This document shows positions 31,584 through 40,233 of a stretch of DNA of 64,000 bases, in pieces. The notes beneath the pieces are model-generated. The model was not told the DNA's origin, made no database searches, and worked only from the letters and a program-made list of their open reading frames with translations. The position numbers were made by a program, and so were the translations under genes. Each line of letters starts with the position of its first letter. The stretch's first letter is position 1. Origin of the DNA: Polyangiaceae bacterium (GTDB lineage: Bacteria; Myxococcota_A; Polyangia; Polyangiales; Polyangiaceae); contig DASVWO010000297.1 of NCBI GenBank assembly GCA_036393165.1, positions 510 through 64,509 of the forward strand, written 5' to 3'.

Positions 31584-34500
31584 AGCTCGGCGGCGTCTCC
31601 GAGCCGTTCATACGGCGGCCGGTCGCCACCACGCTGCTGATGGTGGGCCTGCTGCTCGTGGGCCTCGCGGCCTTCACGCAGCTCCCGATGTCGGCGCTGC
31701 CGCAGGTCGACTACCCGACCATCGTCATCTCGACGTACCTGCCCGGCGGCAGCTCCGAGACGATGGCCTCGGCGGTGACGACGCCGCTCGAGCGGCAGTT
31801 CGGGCAGATCCCGTACCTGACGCAGATGACGAGCGTCTCGAGCTTCTCGTACTCGAGCATCACGCTGCAGTTCGATCTGGACCGCAACATCGACGCCGCG
31901 CAGCAGGACGTGCAGGCCGCGATCAACGCCGCCTCGAGCTACCTGCCCCCGCAGCTGCCGACGCCGCCCACGTACTCGAAGAGCAACCCGGCCGACCAGC
32001 CGATCCTGACGCTGGCGATCAGCTCCGACGTTCTGCCCCTGGCGGACGTGGACGACGTCGCCGACTCGATCATGGCGCAGAAGATCTCGCAGGTCTCCGG
32101 GGTCGGCCTCGTCACGATCAACGGCGGACAGAAGCCGGCGGTGCGCGTGCAGGTGGACCCGGAAGCCCTCGCCGGCACGGGGCTCACGCTCGAGGACGTG
32201 CGCGCCGCGCTGGTGGCGGCCAACGTCAACCAGCCCAAGGGCAACATCGACGGGCCCCGGCAGGACTTCGCCCTTGCGACGAACGACCAGCTCTACAAGG
32301 CGGCGGGCTTCAAGCCGCTGGTGATCGCCTACGCCAACGGGTCGCCGGTCCGCCTGTCGGACGTGTCCAACGACGTCGACGGCGTCGAGAACGACCAGCT
32401 GGCCGGCTGGGCCAACGACAAGCGAGCCATCATCCTCAACGTCCAGCGCCAGCCGGGGGCGAACGTCATCGCCGTCGCCGACCGGGTGAAGGCGCTGCTC
32501 CCGCAGCTCCAGGCGTCGCTCCCGCAAGGGGTCGACGTGAAGATCCTCAGCGACCGGACCGAGACGGTGCGCGCGTCGGTGCAGGACGTCGAGGAGACGC
32601 TCGTCATCACGGTGGCGCTCGTCGTCGCCGTCATCTTCCTCTTCCTCCGCAACGTGCGCGCCACGATCATCCCGAGCATCGCTGTGCCGCTGTCGCTCAT
32701 CGGCACCTTCGGCGTGATGTACCTGCTCGGCTACAGCCTGAACAACCTGTCGCTCATGGCGCTGACCATCGCGACGGGGTTCGTCGTCGACGACGCGATC
32801 GTCATGATCGAGAACATCGCCCGCTACATCGAGGCGGGCGACAAGCCGTTCGAGGCGGCCCTCAAGGGCGCCGGGCAGATCGGGTTCACGATCGTGTCGC
32901 TCACGGTCTCGCTCGTCGCGGTGCTCATCCCGCTGCTCTTCATGGGTGGGCTCATCGGGCGGCTCTTCCGCGAGTTCGCCGTGACGCTCGCGGTGTCCAT
33001 CGGCGTGTCGGCGATCCTCTCGCTCACCCTGACGCCCATGATGTGCGGGCACCTGCTGCGGCCCGAGCCGAAGGAGCACGAGCGCGGGGCCGTCTACCGG
33101 TGGTCGGAGCGGGCCTTCGAGGGGATGATCGCCCTCTACGATCGGGGGCTGCGCGTCGTCCTGCGCCACCGGCTCGCGACGCTGCTCGTGACCATCGGCA
33201 CGCTGGTGCTGACGTTCGTCATGGCCGTCTGGATCCCCAAGGGGTTCTTCCCGCAGCAGGACACCGGGATGATCCTCGGCATCTCGCAGGCGGCGCCGGA
33301 CGTCTCCTTCCCCAAGATGATGGACCTGCAGCGCCAGCTCGCCGACGTGGTGCTGACCGATCCGGACGTCGCGAACGTGGCGTCCTTCATCGGGTCCGAC
33401 GGCACCAACGCCACGACGAACAGCGGCCGTCTGTCCATCACGCTCAAGCCGCTCGACGAGCGGCACGCGTCGGCGCAGGACATCGTCGCGCGCCTTCAGC
33501 CGAAGCTCGCGCAGGTCCAGGGCATCCAGGCCTACCTGCAGCTCGTGCAGGACCTCACGATCGACAGCCGCATCGCCCGCACGCAGTACCAGTACACGCT
33601 GGAGGACGCCGACCCGACGGAGCTCGCGACCTGGGCGCCCAAGCTGGTGAACGAGATGCGCGAGGAGCACGTGCTCCAGGACGTCGCGAGCGACCAGGAA
33701 TCCTCGGGCCTGCAGGTGGCCATGACGATCGACCGCGACACGGCCTCGCGCCTCGGCGTGTCGCCCCAGGTCATCGACGACACGCTCTACGACGCGTTCG
33801 GTCAGCGGCAGGTGTCGACCATCTTCACCCAGCTCAACCTGTACCGCGTCATCCTCCAGGTGAAGCCCGAGGAGGCGAAGAACCCGGCGATCCTCGACCG
33901 CATCTTCGTGCGCGCCGTCAACGGCTCACCCGTGCCGCTCAGCGCGATGGTCCGCTGGACCACGAGCACCGCGCCGCTCGCGATCAGTCACCAGGGCCAG
34001 TTCCCGGCGGTGACCATCTCGTTCAACCTCGCGCAGGGCGAGTCGCTCGGCGACGCCGTCACCGCGATCAACGACGCGCAGGCGCGCATCGGCCTGCCGC
34101 CGAGCGTGCACGCGCACTTCGTCGGCAGCGTGGACGCGTTCAACCAGTCGCTGGCGAGCGAGCCGCTGCTCATCCTGGCGGCGATCATCACGGTCTACAT
34201 CGTGCTCGGGGTGCTCTACGAGAGCTACATCCACCCGATCACGATCATCTCCACGCTGCCGTCGGCCGGCGTGGGCGCGCTGCTTGCGCTGTGGATCGGC
34301 AAGACGGATTTCAGCGTCATCGCCCTCATCGGCATCATCCTGCTCATCGGGATCGTGAAGAAGAACGCGATCATGATGATCGACTTCGCGCTCGAGGCCG
34401 AGCGCGATCAGGGGCTCTCGCCGACCGAGGCGATCCACCAGGCGTGTCTGCTGCGCTTCCGGCCCATCATGATGACGACGATGGCCGCGCTCCTCGGCGG

Positions 34501-34696
34501 GCTCCCGCTGGCGCTGGGCACCGGCATGGGATCCGAGCTGCGCCGTCCGCTCGGCATCTCGATCGTCGGCGGCCTGCTCATCTCGCAGGTCCTGACGCTC
34601 TACACGACGCCCGTCGTGTACCTCTACATGGAGCGCTTTGCGCGCTGGCTGCGCCCCGCGCGGCGACCGGGGGCGGTGGCGGAGGCGGCGCCGTGA
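31580..34696 (+). CDS. mdtB: RND multidrug efflux permease, MdtB-like
   Basis: ORF 1038 aa. N-terminus FIRRPVATTLLMVGLLLVGLAAFTQLPMSALPQVDYPTIVIST...TPLERQFGQIPYL resembles enterobacterial MdtB from my recollection of that sequence. ATGA overlap with mdtA. Confidence 0.9.
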   Translation: MKLGGVSEPFIRRPVATTLLMVGLLLVGLAAFTQLPMSALPQVDYPTIVISTYLPGGSSETMASAVTTPLERQFGQIPYLTQMTSVSSFSYSSITLQFDLDRNIDAAQQDVQAAINAASSYLPPQLPTPPTYSKSNPADQPILTLAISSDVLPLADVDDVADSIMAQKISQVSGVGLVTINGGQKPAVRVQVDPEALAGTGLTLEDVRAALVAANVNQPKGNIDGPRQDFALATNDQLYKAAGFKPLVIAYANGSPVRLSDVSNDVDGVENDQLAGWANDKRAIILNVQRQPGANVIAVADRVKALLPQLQASLPQGVDVKILSDRTETVRASVQDVEETLVITVALVVAVIFLFLRNVRATIIPSIAVPLSLIGTFGVMYLLGYSLNNLSLMALTIATGFVVDDAIVMIENIARYIEAGDKPFEAALKGAGQIGFTIVSLTVSLVAVLIPLLFMGGLIGRLFREFAVTLAVSIGVSAILSLTLTPMMCGHLLRPEPKEHERGAVYRWSERAFEGMIALYDRGLRVVLRHRLATLLVTIGTLVLTFVMAVWIPKGFFPQQDTGMILGISQAAPDVSFPKMMDLQRQLADVVLTDPDVANVASFIGSDGTNATTNSGRLSITLKPLDERHASAQDIVARLQPKLAQVQGIQAYLQLVQDLTIDSRIARTQYQYTLEDADPTELATWAPKLVNEMREEHVLQDVASDQESSGLQVAMTIDRDTASRLGVSPQVIDDTLYDAFGQRQVSTIFTQLNLYRVILQVKPEEAKNPAILDRIFVRAVNGSPVPLSAMVRWTTSTAPLAISHQGQFPAVTISFNLAQGESLGDAVTAINDAQARIGLPPSVHAHFVGSVDAFNQSLASEPLLILAAIITVYIVLGVLYESYIHPITIISTLPSAGVGALLALWIGKTDFSVIALIGIILLIGIVKKNAIMMIDFALEAERDQGLSPTEAIHQACLLRFRPIMMTTMAALLGGLPLALGTGMGSELRRPLGISIVGGLLISQVLTLYTTPVVYLYMERFARWLRPARRPGAVAEAAP

Positions 34697-37600
34697 ACAT
34701 CTCGGCCCCGTTCATCCGGCGGCCCATCGCGACCTCGCTCCTCGCCGCGGCCGTGATGCTCGCGGGGATCCTCGCGTACATGCGCCTGCCCGTGGCGCCG
34801 CTGCCGCGCGTGGACTTCCCGACCATCCAGGTGAGCGCGCAGCTTCCCGGCGCGAGCCCCGAGACGATGGCGTCCTCGGTCGCCACCCCGCTCGAGCGCC
34901 GCTTCGGCCGCATCGCCGGGCTCACCGAGATGACCTCGTCGAGCACGCTCGGCGGGACCTCGATCACCCTGCAGTTCGACCTCGACAAGAACGTCGATGC
35001 GGCGGCGCGCGACGTCCAGGCGGCCATCGCGGCGGCAGGCGGCGAGCTGCCGCCGAACCTTCCGATGAAGCCCACCTACCGGAAGGTGAACCCGGCGGAC
35101 GCTCCGATCCTCATCCTGACGCTCACGAGCCGCACCCTCTCGCTCCCCAAGGTGTTCGACGCGGCGAACACCGTCCTGGCGCAGAAGATCTCCCAGGTCC
35201 GAGGCGTCGGGCAGGTGATGGTCGCGGGCGGCCAGCAGCCCGCGGTGCGCGTGCAGTACGACCCCGCGGCCATCGCCGGCATGGGCATCGGATCCAACGA
35301 CGTGCGCGGCGCCATCCAGTCGAGCACCGCCGACGAGGCCAAGGGAACCATCTCGGGAGCCACGCAGCAGTCGAGCATCGGGGCGAACGATCAGCTGCTC
35401 GAGGCGCGCGGATACCAGCCGCTCGTCGTCGCCAACGACGGCCAGTCCACCGCGCAGCTCGGGCACGTGGCGAAGGTCTACGACGACGTCGAGAACAACC
35501 GCGTCGCCGGGTGGGCCGACGGCGAGCGCGCGGTCCTCATCCTGGTCTTCAAGCAGCCCGAGGCGAACATCCTCGAGACGAACGAGCGCGTCCTGTCGGT
35601 CATGCCGACGCTCATGACGTCGGTCTCGCCGGCCATCGAGCTGACCGTGTCGAGCGACCGCACCAAGACGATCCGCTCGTCGGTCTTCGAGGTCCAGAAG
35701 ACCCTGGCGATCAGCGTCGCCCTCGTCGTGCTCGTGGTGTTCGCCTTCCTTCGCTCGCCGCGCGCGACGATCGTCCCCACCGTATCGATGCCGCTGTCGC
35801 TCCTCGGCACCGTCGGCATCATGTGGCTCCTCGGCTACAGCATCGACAACCTGTCGCTGATGGCCCTCACCATCTCGACGGGGTTCGTCGTCGACGACGC
35901 CATCGTCGTGACCGAGAACATCATCCGCAACATCGAGCGCGGCATGGGCCGGCTCGAGGCGACGCTCGACGGGGCGAAGCAGATCGGCTTCACCATCGTG
36001 TCGATCACTGTCTCGCTGCTCGCCGTGTTCGTCCCCGTGCTCCTCATGGGCGGGATCGTCGGGCGCCTGTTCCGCGAGTTCGCCGTCACCCTCAGCGTCG
36101 CCGTCGCCACCTCGGCGCTCGTGTCGCTCACCGTGACGCCCACCTTGTGCTCGCTGATGCTGCACACCGAGGCGCAGGAGAGCCACGGGCGCGTCTACCT
36201 GTTCTTCGAGCGCGCCTTCGACCTCATGCTCGCCTTCTACGAGCGCGGCCTCGTGTGGGCCCTGCGCCACCGCAAGACGATGCTCCTCGTGACGCTCGCC
36301 ACGGTGGTCGTCAACGTCTTCCTCTTCATCAAGACGCCGAAGGGGCTCTTCCCGAACCAGGACACCGGCATGCTCATGGTGAGCAGCGAGGCCGCGCAGG
36401 ACGTGTCGTTCGAGGAGATGTTCCGCCTGCAGAAGCAGGTGAACGACGTGCTCACGAACGACCCGGACATCGAGCACTACGTCGCGTTCATCGGCTCCGG
36501 CGGCTTCGGCACGGGGAACACGGGGCGCGCCTTCATCCAGCTCAAGGAGAAGCCCCCGCGCACGACGACGGCCGACCAGGTGATCGCGCGCCTGCGCGGC
36601 AAGCTCGGGAAGATCGCCGGCATCTCGGCCTACCCCATCTCGCGTCAGGACGTGAACGTGGGCGGGCGCCTGAGCCGCACGCAGTACCAGTACACCGTGG
36701 AAGACGCGAACGTGGAGGAGCTCAACACGTGGGCCCCGCGCCTCTTCGACGCGCTCCGGAAGCTGCCGCAGCTCAAGGACGTCGCCACCGACCAGCAGAC
36801 CAACGGGCTGCAGCTCGACGTGGACATCGATCGCGACACGGCCTCGCGCCTCGGGGTCACGGCCGCCGCCGTGGACGCGGCGCTCTACGATGCGTACGGC
36901 CAGCGGTTCGTCGCGACGACGTACACGCAGCTCAACGAGTACCACGTGGTGATGGAGGCGGCGGCGCCCTACCGCGACGCGCCCGACTCGCTCGACGGCA
37001 TCTACGTGCGCAGCACCGGCGGAGGGATGGTGCCGCTGCGCGCGATCGCCAAGGTGAGGCCGACGGCGACGACGCTGGCGATCAACCACCAGGGCCAGTT
37101 CCCGGCGGTGACCATCTCCTTCAACCTCTCGCCGACCGCGTCTCTCGGCGACGCGGTGGACGCCATCAAAGGGGCGGAGCTGGCGATCCACCTGCCGCCG
37201 AGCATGCACGCCGACTTCCAGGGAACCGCGCAGGCGTTCACGGCGTCGTTGCAGAACGAGCCGGTGCTCATCGCCTGCGCGCTGCTCGTCGTCTACATCG
37301 TGCTCGGCGTCCTGTACGAGAGCTACGTACACCCGGTGACGATCCTGTCGACGCTCCCGTCGGCCGGCATCGGCGCCTTGCTGGCGCTCATGCTCTTCGG
37401 GGTCGATCTGAGCGTCATCGCCATCATCGGGTTGCTCCTGCTCATCGGGATCGTGAAGAAGAACGCGATTCTCCTCGTGGACTTCGCCATCGAGACCGAA
37501 CGCAACGACGGGGCGACGCCCGAGGACGCGATCGTGAAGGCCTGCTCGCTTCGCTTCCGTCCGATCCTCATGACGACGTTCGCGGCCCTCTTCGGGGCGC

Positions 37601-37809
37601 TGCCGCTCGCCTTCGGGCAGGGCCTGGGCTCGGAGCTCAGGCAGCCGCTCGGGATCACGATCGTCGGCGGGCTCTTCGCGTCCCAGCTGCTGACGCTGTA
37701 CACGACGCCGGTCGTCTACCTCGCGCTGGAACGGCTTCGCCTGTGGGTGCGCGGCAAGTCGCACGCGAGCAACGCGCCCCCGGGTGATGTCATCGAATCC
37801 ACCGCGTGA
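34693..37809 (+). CDS. mdtC: RND multidrug efflux permease, MdtC-like
   Basis: GTG at 34693 overlaps the mdtB stop (GTGA). FIRRPIATSLLAAAVMLAGILAYMRLPVAPLPRVDFPTIQVSAQLPGASPETMASSVATPLERRFGRIAGL resembles enterobacterial MdtC from my recollection of that sequence. Only the last 1038 codons of ORF 31483..37809 are genuine. Confidence 0.9.
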   Translation: MNISAPFIRRPIATSLLAAAVMLAGILAYMRLPVAPLPRVDFPTIQVSAQLPGASPETMASSVATPLERRFGRIAGLTEMTSSSTLGGTSITLQFDLDKNVDAAARDVQAAIAAAGGELPPNLPMKPTYRKVNPADAPILILTLTSRTLSLPKVFDAANTVLAQKISQVRGVGQVMVAGGQQPAVRVQYDPAAIAGMGIGSNDVRGAIQSSTADEAKGTISGATQQSSIGANDQLLEARGYQPLVVANDGQSTAQLGHVAKVYDDVENNRVAGWADGERAVLILVFKQPEANILETNERVLSVMPTLMTSVSPAIELTVSSDRTKTIRSSVFEVQKTLAISVALVVLVVFAFLRSPRATIVPTVSMPLSLLGTVGIMWLLGYSIDNLSLMALTISTGFVVDDAIVVTENIIRNIERGMGRLEATLDGAKQIGFTIVSITVSLLAVFVPVLLMGGIVGRLFREFAVTLSVAVATSALVSLTVTPTLCSLMLHTEAQESHGRVYLFFERAFDLMLAFYERGLVWALRHRKTMLLVTLATVVVNVFLFIKTPKGLFPNQDTGMLMVSSEAAQDVSFEEMFRLQKQVNDVLTNDPDIEHYVAFIGSGGFGTGNTGRAFIQLKEKPPRTTTADQVIARLRGKLGKIAGISAYPISRQDVNVGGRLSRTQYQYTVEDANVEELNTWAPRLFDALRKLPQLKDVATDQQTNGLQLDVDIDRDTASRLGVTAAAVDAALYDAYGQRFVATTYTQLNEYHVVMEAAAPYRDAPDSLDGIYVRSTGGGMVPLRAIAKVRPTATTLAINHQGQFPAVTISFNLSPTASLGDAVDAIKGAELAIHLPPSMHADFQGTAQAFTASLQNEPVLIACALLVVYIVLGVLYESYVHPVTILSTLPSAGIGALLALMLFGVDLSVIAIIGLLLLIGIVKKNAILLVDFAIETERNDGATPEDAIVKACSLRFRPILMTTFAALFGALPLAFGQGLGSELRQPLGITIVGGLFASQLLTLYTTPVVYLALERLRLWVRGKSHASNAPPGDVIESTA

Positions 37810-37886
37810 GTGTGCTAGCTTCTGCTACGTCGGTGAATCCCGGTTCACGGGATGAAACGCCGCTTGCAGCTGCCCGAAAGGTGACG

Positions 37887-39125
37887 ATGGCCGCATCGAC
37901 CGCGACGACCGTGGAGACCCTCGCCAAGGAGCCGAAGGAGGAGACCACCACCACCGGGCGGAAGAAGAACCGGACGCGCCCCTACCTCATCCTGGGCGTC
38001 ATCGTGACGGCCGGCGTGCTGGGCTACGGCACCTTCACGTGGGCGACGCGCGGCAAGGAGAACACCGACGACGCGCAGGTGGACGCCGACGTGGTGATGG
38101 TCTCGACGCGCGTGTCGGGCACGGTGCTGCACGTGCACGCGTCGGACAACCAGAAGGTCACCAAGGGCCAGCTCCTCGTCGAGATCGATCCGGCGGACCT
38201 CCAGGCGAAGGAGAAGGAAGCCGAGGCGCAGCTCGCCCAGGCGAAGGCGCAGGCCGATGCGGCGGACGCCCAGGTGGGCATCGTGTCCGCCACCGCCAAG
38301 GGTGGTCTCTCGGCGGCACGCGCGCAGCTCTCGGGATCGGCGAGCTCGGTGCAGACGGCGGACGCGCAGATCCAGTCGGCCAAGGCGGCTCTCGCCCGCG
38401 CGCAGGCGCAGGCGGCGCAGGCGGACACCGACCTCGCACGCGACCAGGCGCTCTTCCGCGACGGGGCGATCCCCAAGGCGCAGATCGATTCGGCGCAGTC
38501 GACGGCGGACGGTGCTCACGCGGCGGTCGCGCAGGCGCAGGCGGAGCTCTCGTCGGCGCAGGAGAGCAAGACGACCGCGGTGTCGCGCATCGCCGAATCC
38601 GCCGCACGCGTCGAGCAGAGTGCTCCGGTGGACGCGCAGCTCGCATCGGCACGTGCGAACGCGGAGCTCGCGCATGCGAGGGTGGACGCGGCGGAGGCCC
38701 AGCTGGCCCAGGCCAAGCTGCAGCTCTCGTACACGCGCATCGAGGCTCCTGCCGACGGCGTGCTCTCGAGGATGTCGGTGCGCGAGGGGCAGCTGGTGCA
38801 GGCAGGCCAGATGGTCGTATCGGTCGTGCCCGAGGCGACCTACGTGGTCGCCAACTTCAAGGAGACGCAGGTGGGCGCGATGCACGCGGGGCAGCGCGCC
38901 GAGATCACGGTGGACGCCTACCCCGGGCGCACGTTCGAGGGCCGCGTGCAGAGCACGTCGCCGGGCACCGGTGCGCGCTTCTCGCTGCTGCCGCCGGACA
39001 ATGCGTCGGGCAACTTCGTGAAGGTGGTGCAGCGCCTCCCCGTGAAGATCACGTGGGCCGACGTCCCTGGCGACGTGAAGCTCGCCGCGGGGATGTCGGC
39101 GGACGTGACTGTGATCACGCGCTGA
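37887..39125 (+). CDS. HlyD/EmrA-family membrane fusion protein (no cognate inner-membrane pump adjacent)
   Basis: ORF 37806..39125. ATG 37887 has GAAAGG 7 nt upstream. An alternative GTG at 37806 overlaps the mdtC stop (GTGA). TM anchor, then DADVVMVSTRVSGTVLHVHASDNQKVTKGQLLVEIDP, a long Ala/Gln coiled-coil, and FVKVVQRLPVKI. Confidence 0.85.
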   Translation: MAASTATTVETLAKEPKEETTTTGRKKNRTRPYLILGVIVTAGVLGYGTFTWATRGKENTDDAQVDADVVMVSTRVSGTVLHVHASDNQKVTKGQLLVEIDPADLQAKEKEAEAQLAQAKAQADAADAQVGIVSATAKGGLSAARAQLSGSASSVQTADAQIQSAKAALARAQAQAAQADTDLARDQALFRDGAIPKAQIDSAQSTADGAHAAVAQAQAELSSAQESKTTAVSRIAESAARVEQSAPVDAQLASARANAELAHARVDAAEAQLAQAKLQLSYTRIEAPADGVLSRMSVREGQLVQAGQMVVSVVPEATYVVANFKETQVGAMHAGQRAEITVDAYPGRTFEGRVQSTSPGTGARFSLLPPDNASGNFVKVVQRLPVKITWADVPGDVKLAAGMSADVTVITR

Positions 39126-39143
39126 GGGGTCGGGGTCGGGGTC
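39126..39143. repeat. three tandem GGGGTC hexamers immediately after the HlyD stop codon
   Basis: Read directly from the sequence. Same unit and orientation as the 17-unit tract at 40121..40222. Confidence 0.6.
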
Positions 39144-39232
39144 GCGTGGCAGGCTCGTGCCGCCCTGCGGGCGTCACTGCGCCTGCAGGGACTAGGGGAG
39201 CTCGCCTCGGCGCTTGGGTATGGGGCTCGCCG

Positions 39233-39278
39233 CATGATTGCCCGCTCCTTTGCTGGGCGAAAGGAGCGGGCAATCATG
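39233..39278 (+). promoter_or_regulatory. perfect 19-bp inverted repeat with 8-nt loop that pairs the RBS (AAGGAG) and ATG of the downstream four-helix-bundle gene
   Basis: CATGATTGCCCGCTCCTTT (39233-39251), loop GCTGGGCG, AAAGGAGCGGGCAATCATG (39260-39278). The right arm ends in start codon 39276-39278. Confidence 0.6.
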
Positions 39279-39608
39279 CGTAAGCTGCCACACCAGAAGC
39301 TCTTGGCGTACGAGGTCGCGATGAAGCTGCTCGAGAGCGTGCGCGACGCGAGGATTCGGGATTCGCACTTGAGGGACCAGGCGATGCGCGCTGCGAAGAG
39401 CGCGGTGCTGAACACCGCCGAGGCGGCTGGGCGCGTCACGCGGGCCGACAAGGCACGCGCCATCACCATCGCGCGCGGAGAGGCCTGCGAGGCCGCGGCT
39501 GCCGTCGAGGTCGCGGTCGCAGCCGGCGAAGCCGATGCCACCAAGCTCGATGACGTTCTGGGCCATGCCGATCGCTTCGTCGCCCTCGCCACGGGCTTCC
39601 TTCGCTGA
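39276..39608 (+). CDS. four-helix-bundle protein (23S rRNA intervening-sequence protein / Avd family)
   Basis: Inner ATG of ORF 39234..39608. The sequence LLAYEVAMKLLESVRDARIRDSHLRDQAMRAAKSAVLNTAEAAGR...ITIARGEACEAAAAVEVA matches the family pattern (LRDQ..RAA.S...NIAEG......F..IA.GS..E). Confidence 0.75.
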   Translation: MRKLPHQKLLAYEVAMKLLESVRDARIRDSHLRDQAMRAAKSAVLNTAEAAGRVTRADKARAITIARGEACEAAAAVEVAVAAGEADATKLDDVLGHADRFVALATGFLR

Positions 39609-39617
39609 GCGAGCGAG

Positions 39618-39647
39618 GCGGCTGCCGGCAGCGACGCCGGCAGCCGC
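39618..39647. terminator. 12-bp perfect stem / 6-nt loop hairpin between the two convergent four-helix-bundle genes (candidate bidirectional terminator, no U-tract)
   Basis: GCGGCTGCCGGC-AGCGAC-GCCGGCAGCCGC read directly from the sequence. Confidence 0.45.
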
Positions 39648-39653
39648 ATTCCG

Positions 39654-39991
39654 TCACCGCGGCAGCGCGCGGAGCATGCGCTTGATGCGGACGGCAAGAG
39701 AGAGGATCCCTGCGGCGCCGCCGCCCTCGACGACGCCGAGGGTGGCAGCGAGATCGACGGCGCCGACGACCTCGTGCAGCGAGTTGTTCGCGATCTCGAA
39801 GTGACGGCGCCGCACGCCCGCGCTGTCGCTCGGCAGTCCCTCGCAGATACCGAGGAACGTGCTCTTGCTCGCGCGACTCGCCTGGTCACGCAGCTCCGCA
39901 TCGCGAATGCCTGCCTCGTGACGCATCGCGCGAGCTCCTTCGCGGCGCCGTAGATATCCAGCCTCTGAAAGGGGAGAAGGTTGTCGTTCAT
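39654..39991 (-). pseudogene. four-helix-bundle (Avd / 23S-IVS family) gene interrupted by a frameshift near 39926-39930
   Basis: The N-terminal MNDNLLPFQRLDIYGAAKELAR is in the frame of ORF 38918..40495. The rest, MRHEAGIRDAELRDQASRASKSTFLGICEGLPS...FEIANNSLHEVVGAVDLAATLG, is in the frame of ORF 39654..40283. The span of 338 nt is not a multiple of 3. Confidence 0.65.
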
Positions 39992-40120
39992 GTTTGCGGC
40001 TCCATGCCCCCACCCAGCGAAATGACCGTGACAGCGAACAATGGCTCCCATCCTCCAGCGAGGAGCTGGCGCGGTCCTTTCGCGCTCGGCATGGAGCCGC
40101 AAACATGAACGCCCACCCGC

Positions 40121-40222
40121 GAGGTCGAGGTCGAGGTCGAGGTCGAGGTCGGGGTCGAGGTCGGGGTCGTGGTCGGGGTCGCGGTCGCGGTCGGGGTCGC
40201 GGTCGGGGTCGCGGTCGCGGTC
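40121..40222. repeat. 17 tandem hexanucleotide units (GAGGTC/GGGGTC/GCGGTC/GTGGTC), non-coding
   Basis: Read directly from the sequence. Ends 11 nt from the stop codon of the response-regulator gene. No start-bearing ORF with coding-like composition spans it. Confidence 0.8.
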
Positions 40223-40233
40223 GCGACGCCCCC

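Noticed and set aside
31483-37809. A 2108-aa ORF that appears to span both RND genes
   Set aside because: Only the last 1038 codons (from GTG 34693) translate to an RND permease. The first half is the +1 frame of mdtB and is Arg-rich junk. It is not a fused giant transporter.
39276-39991. Diversity-generating retroelement or 23S rRNA intervening sequence, suggested by the Avd / IVS-protein family
   Set aside because: There is no reverse transcriptase ORF, no template/variable repeat pair detectable by eye, and no rRNA sequence in the window. Only the family membership is retained.
40121-40222. Possible CRISPR array or other spacer-repeat structure
   Set aside because: The units are contiguous 6-nt repeats with no spacers, and no cas genes are present. 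It is a microsatellite-like tract, not a CRISPR array.
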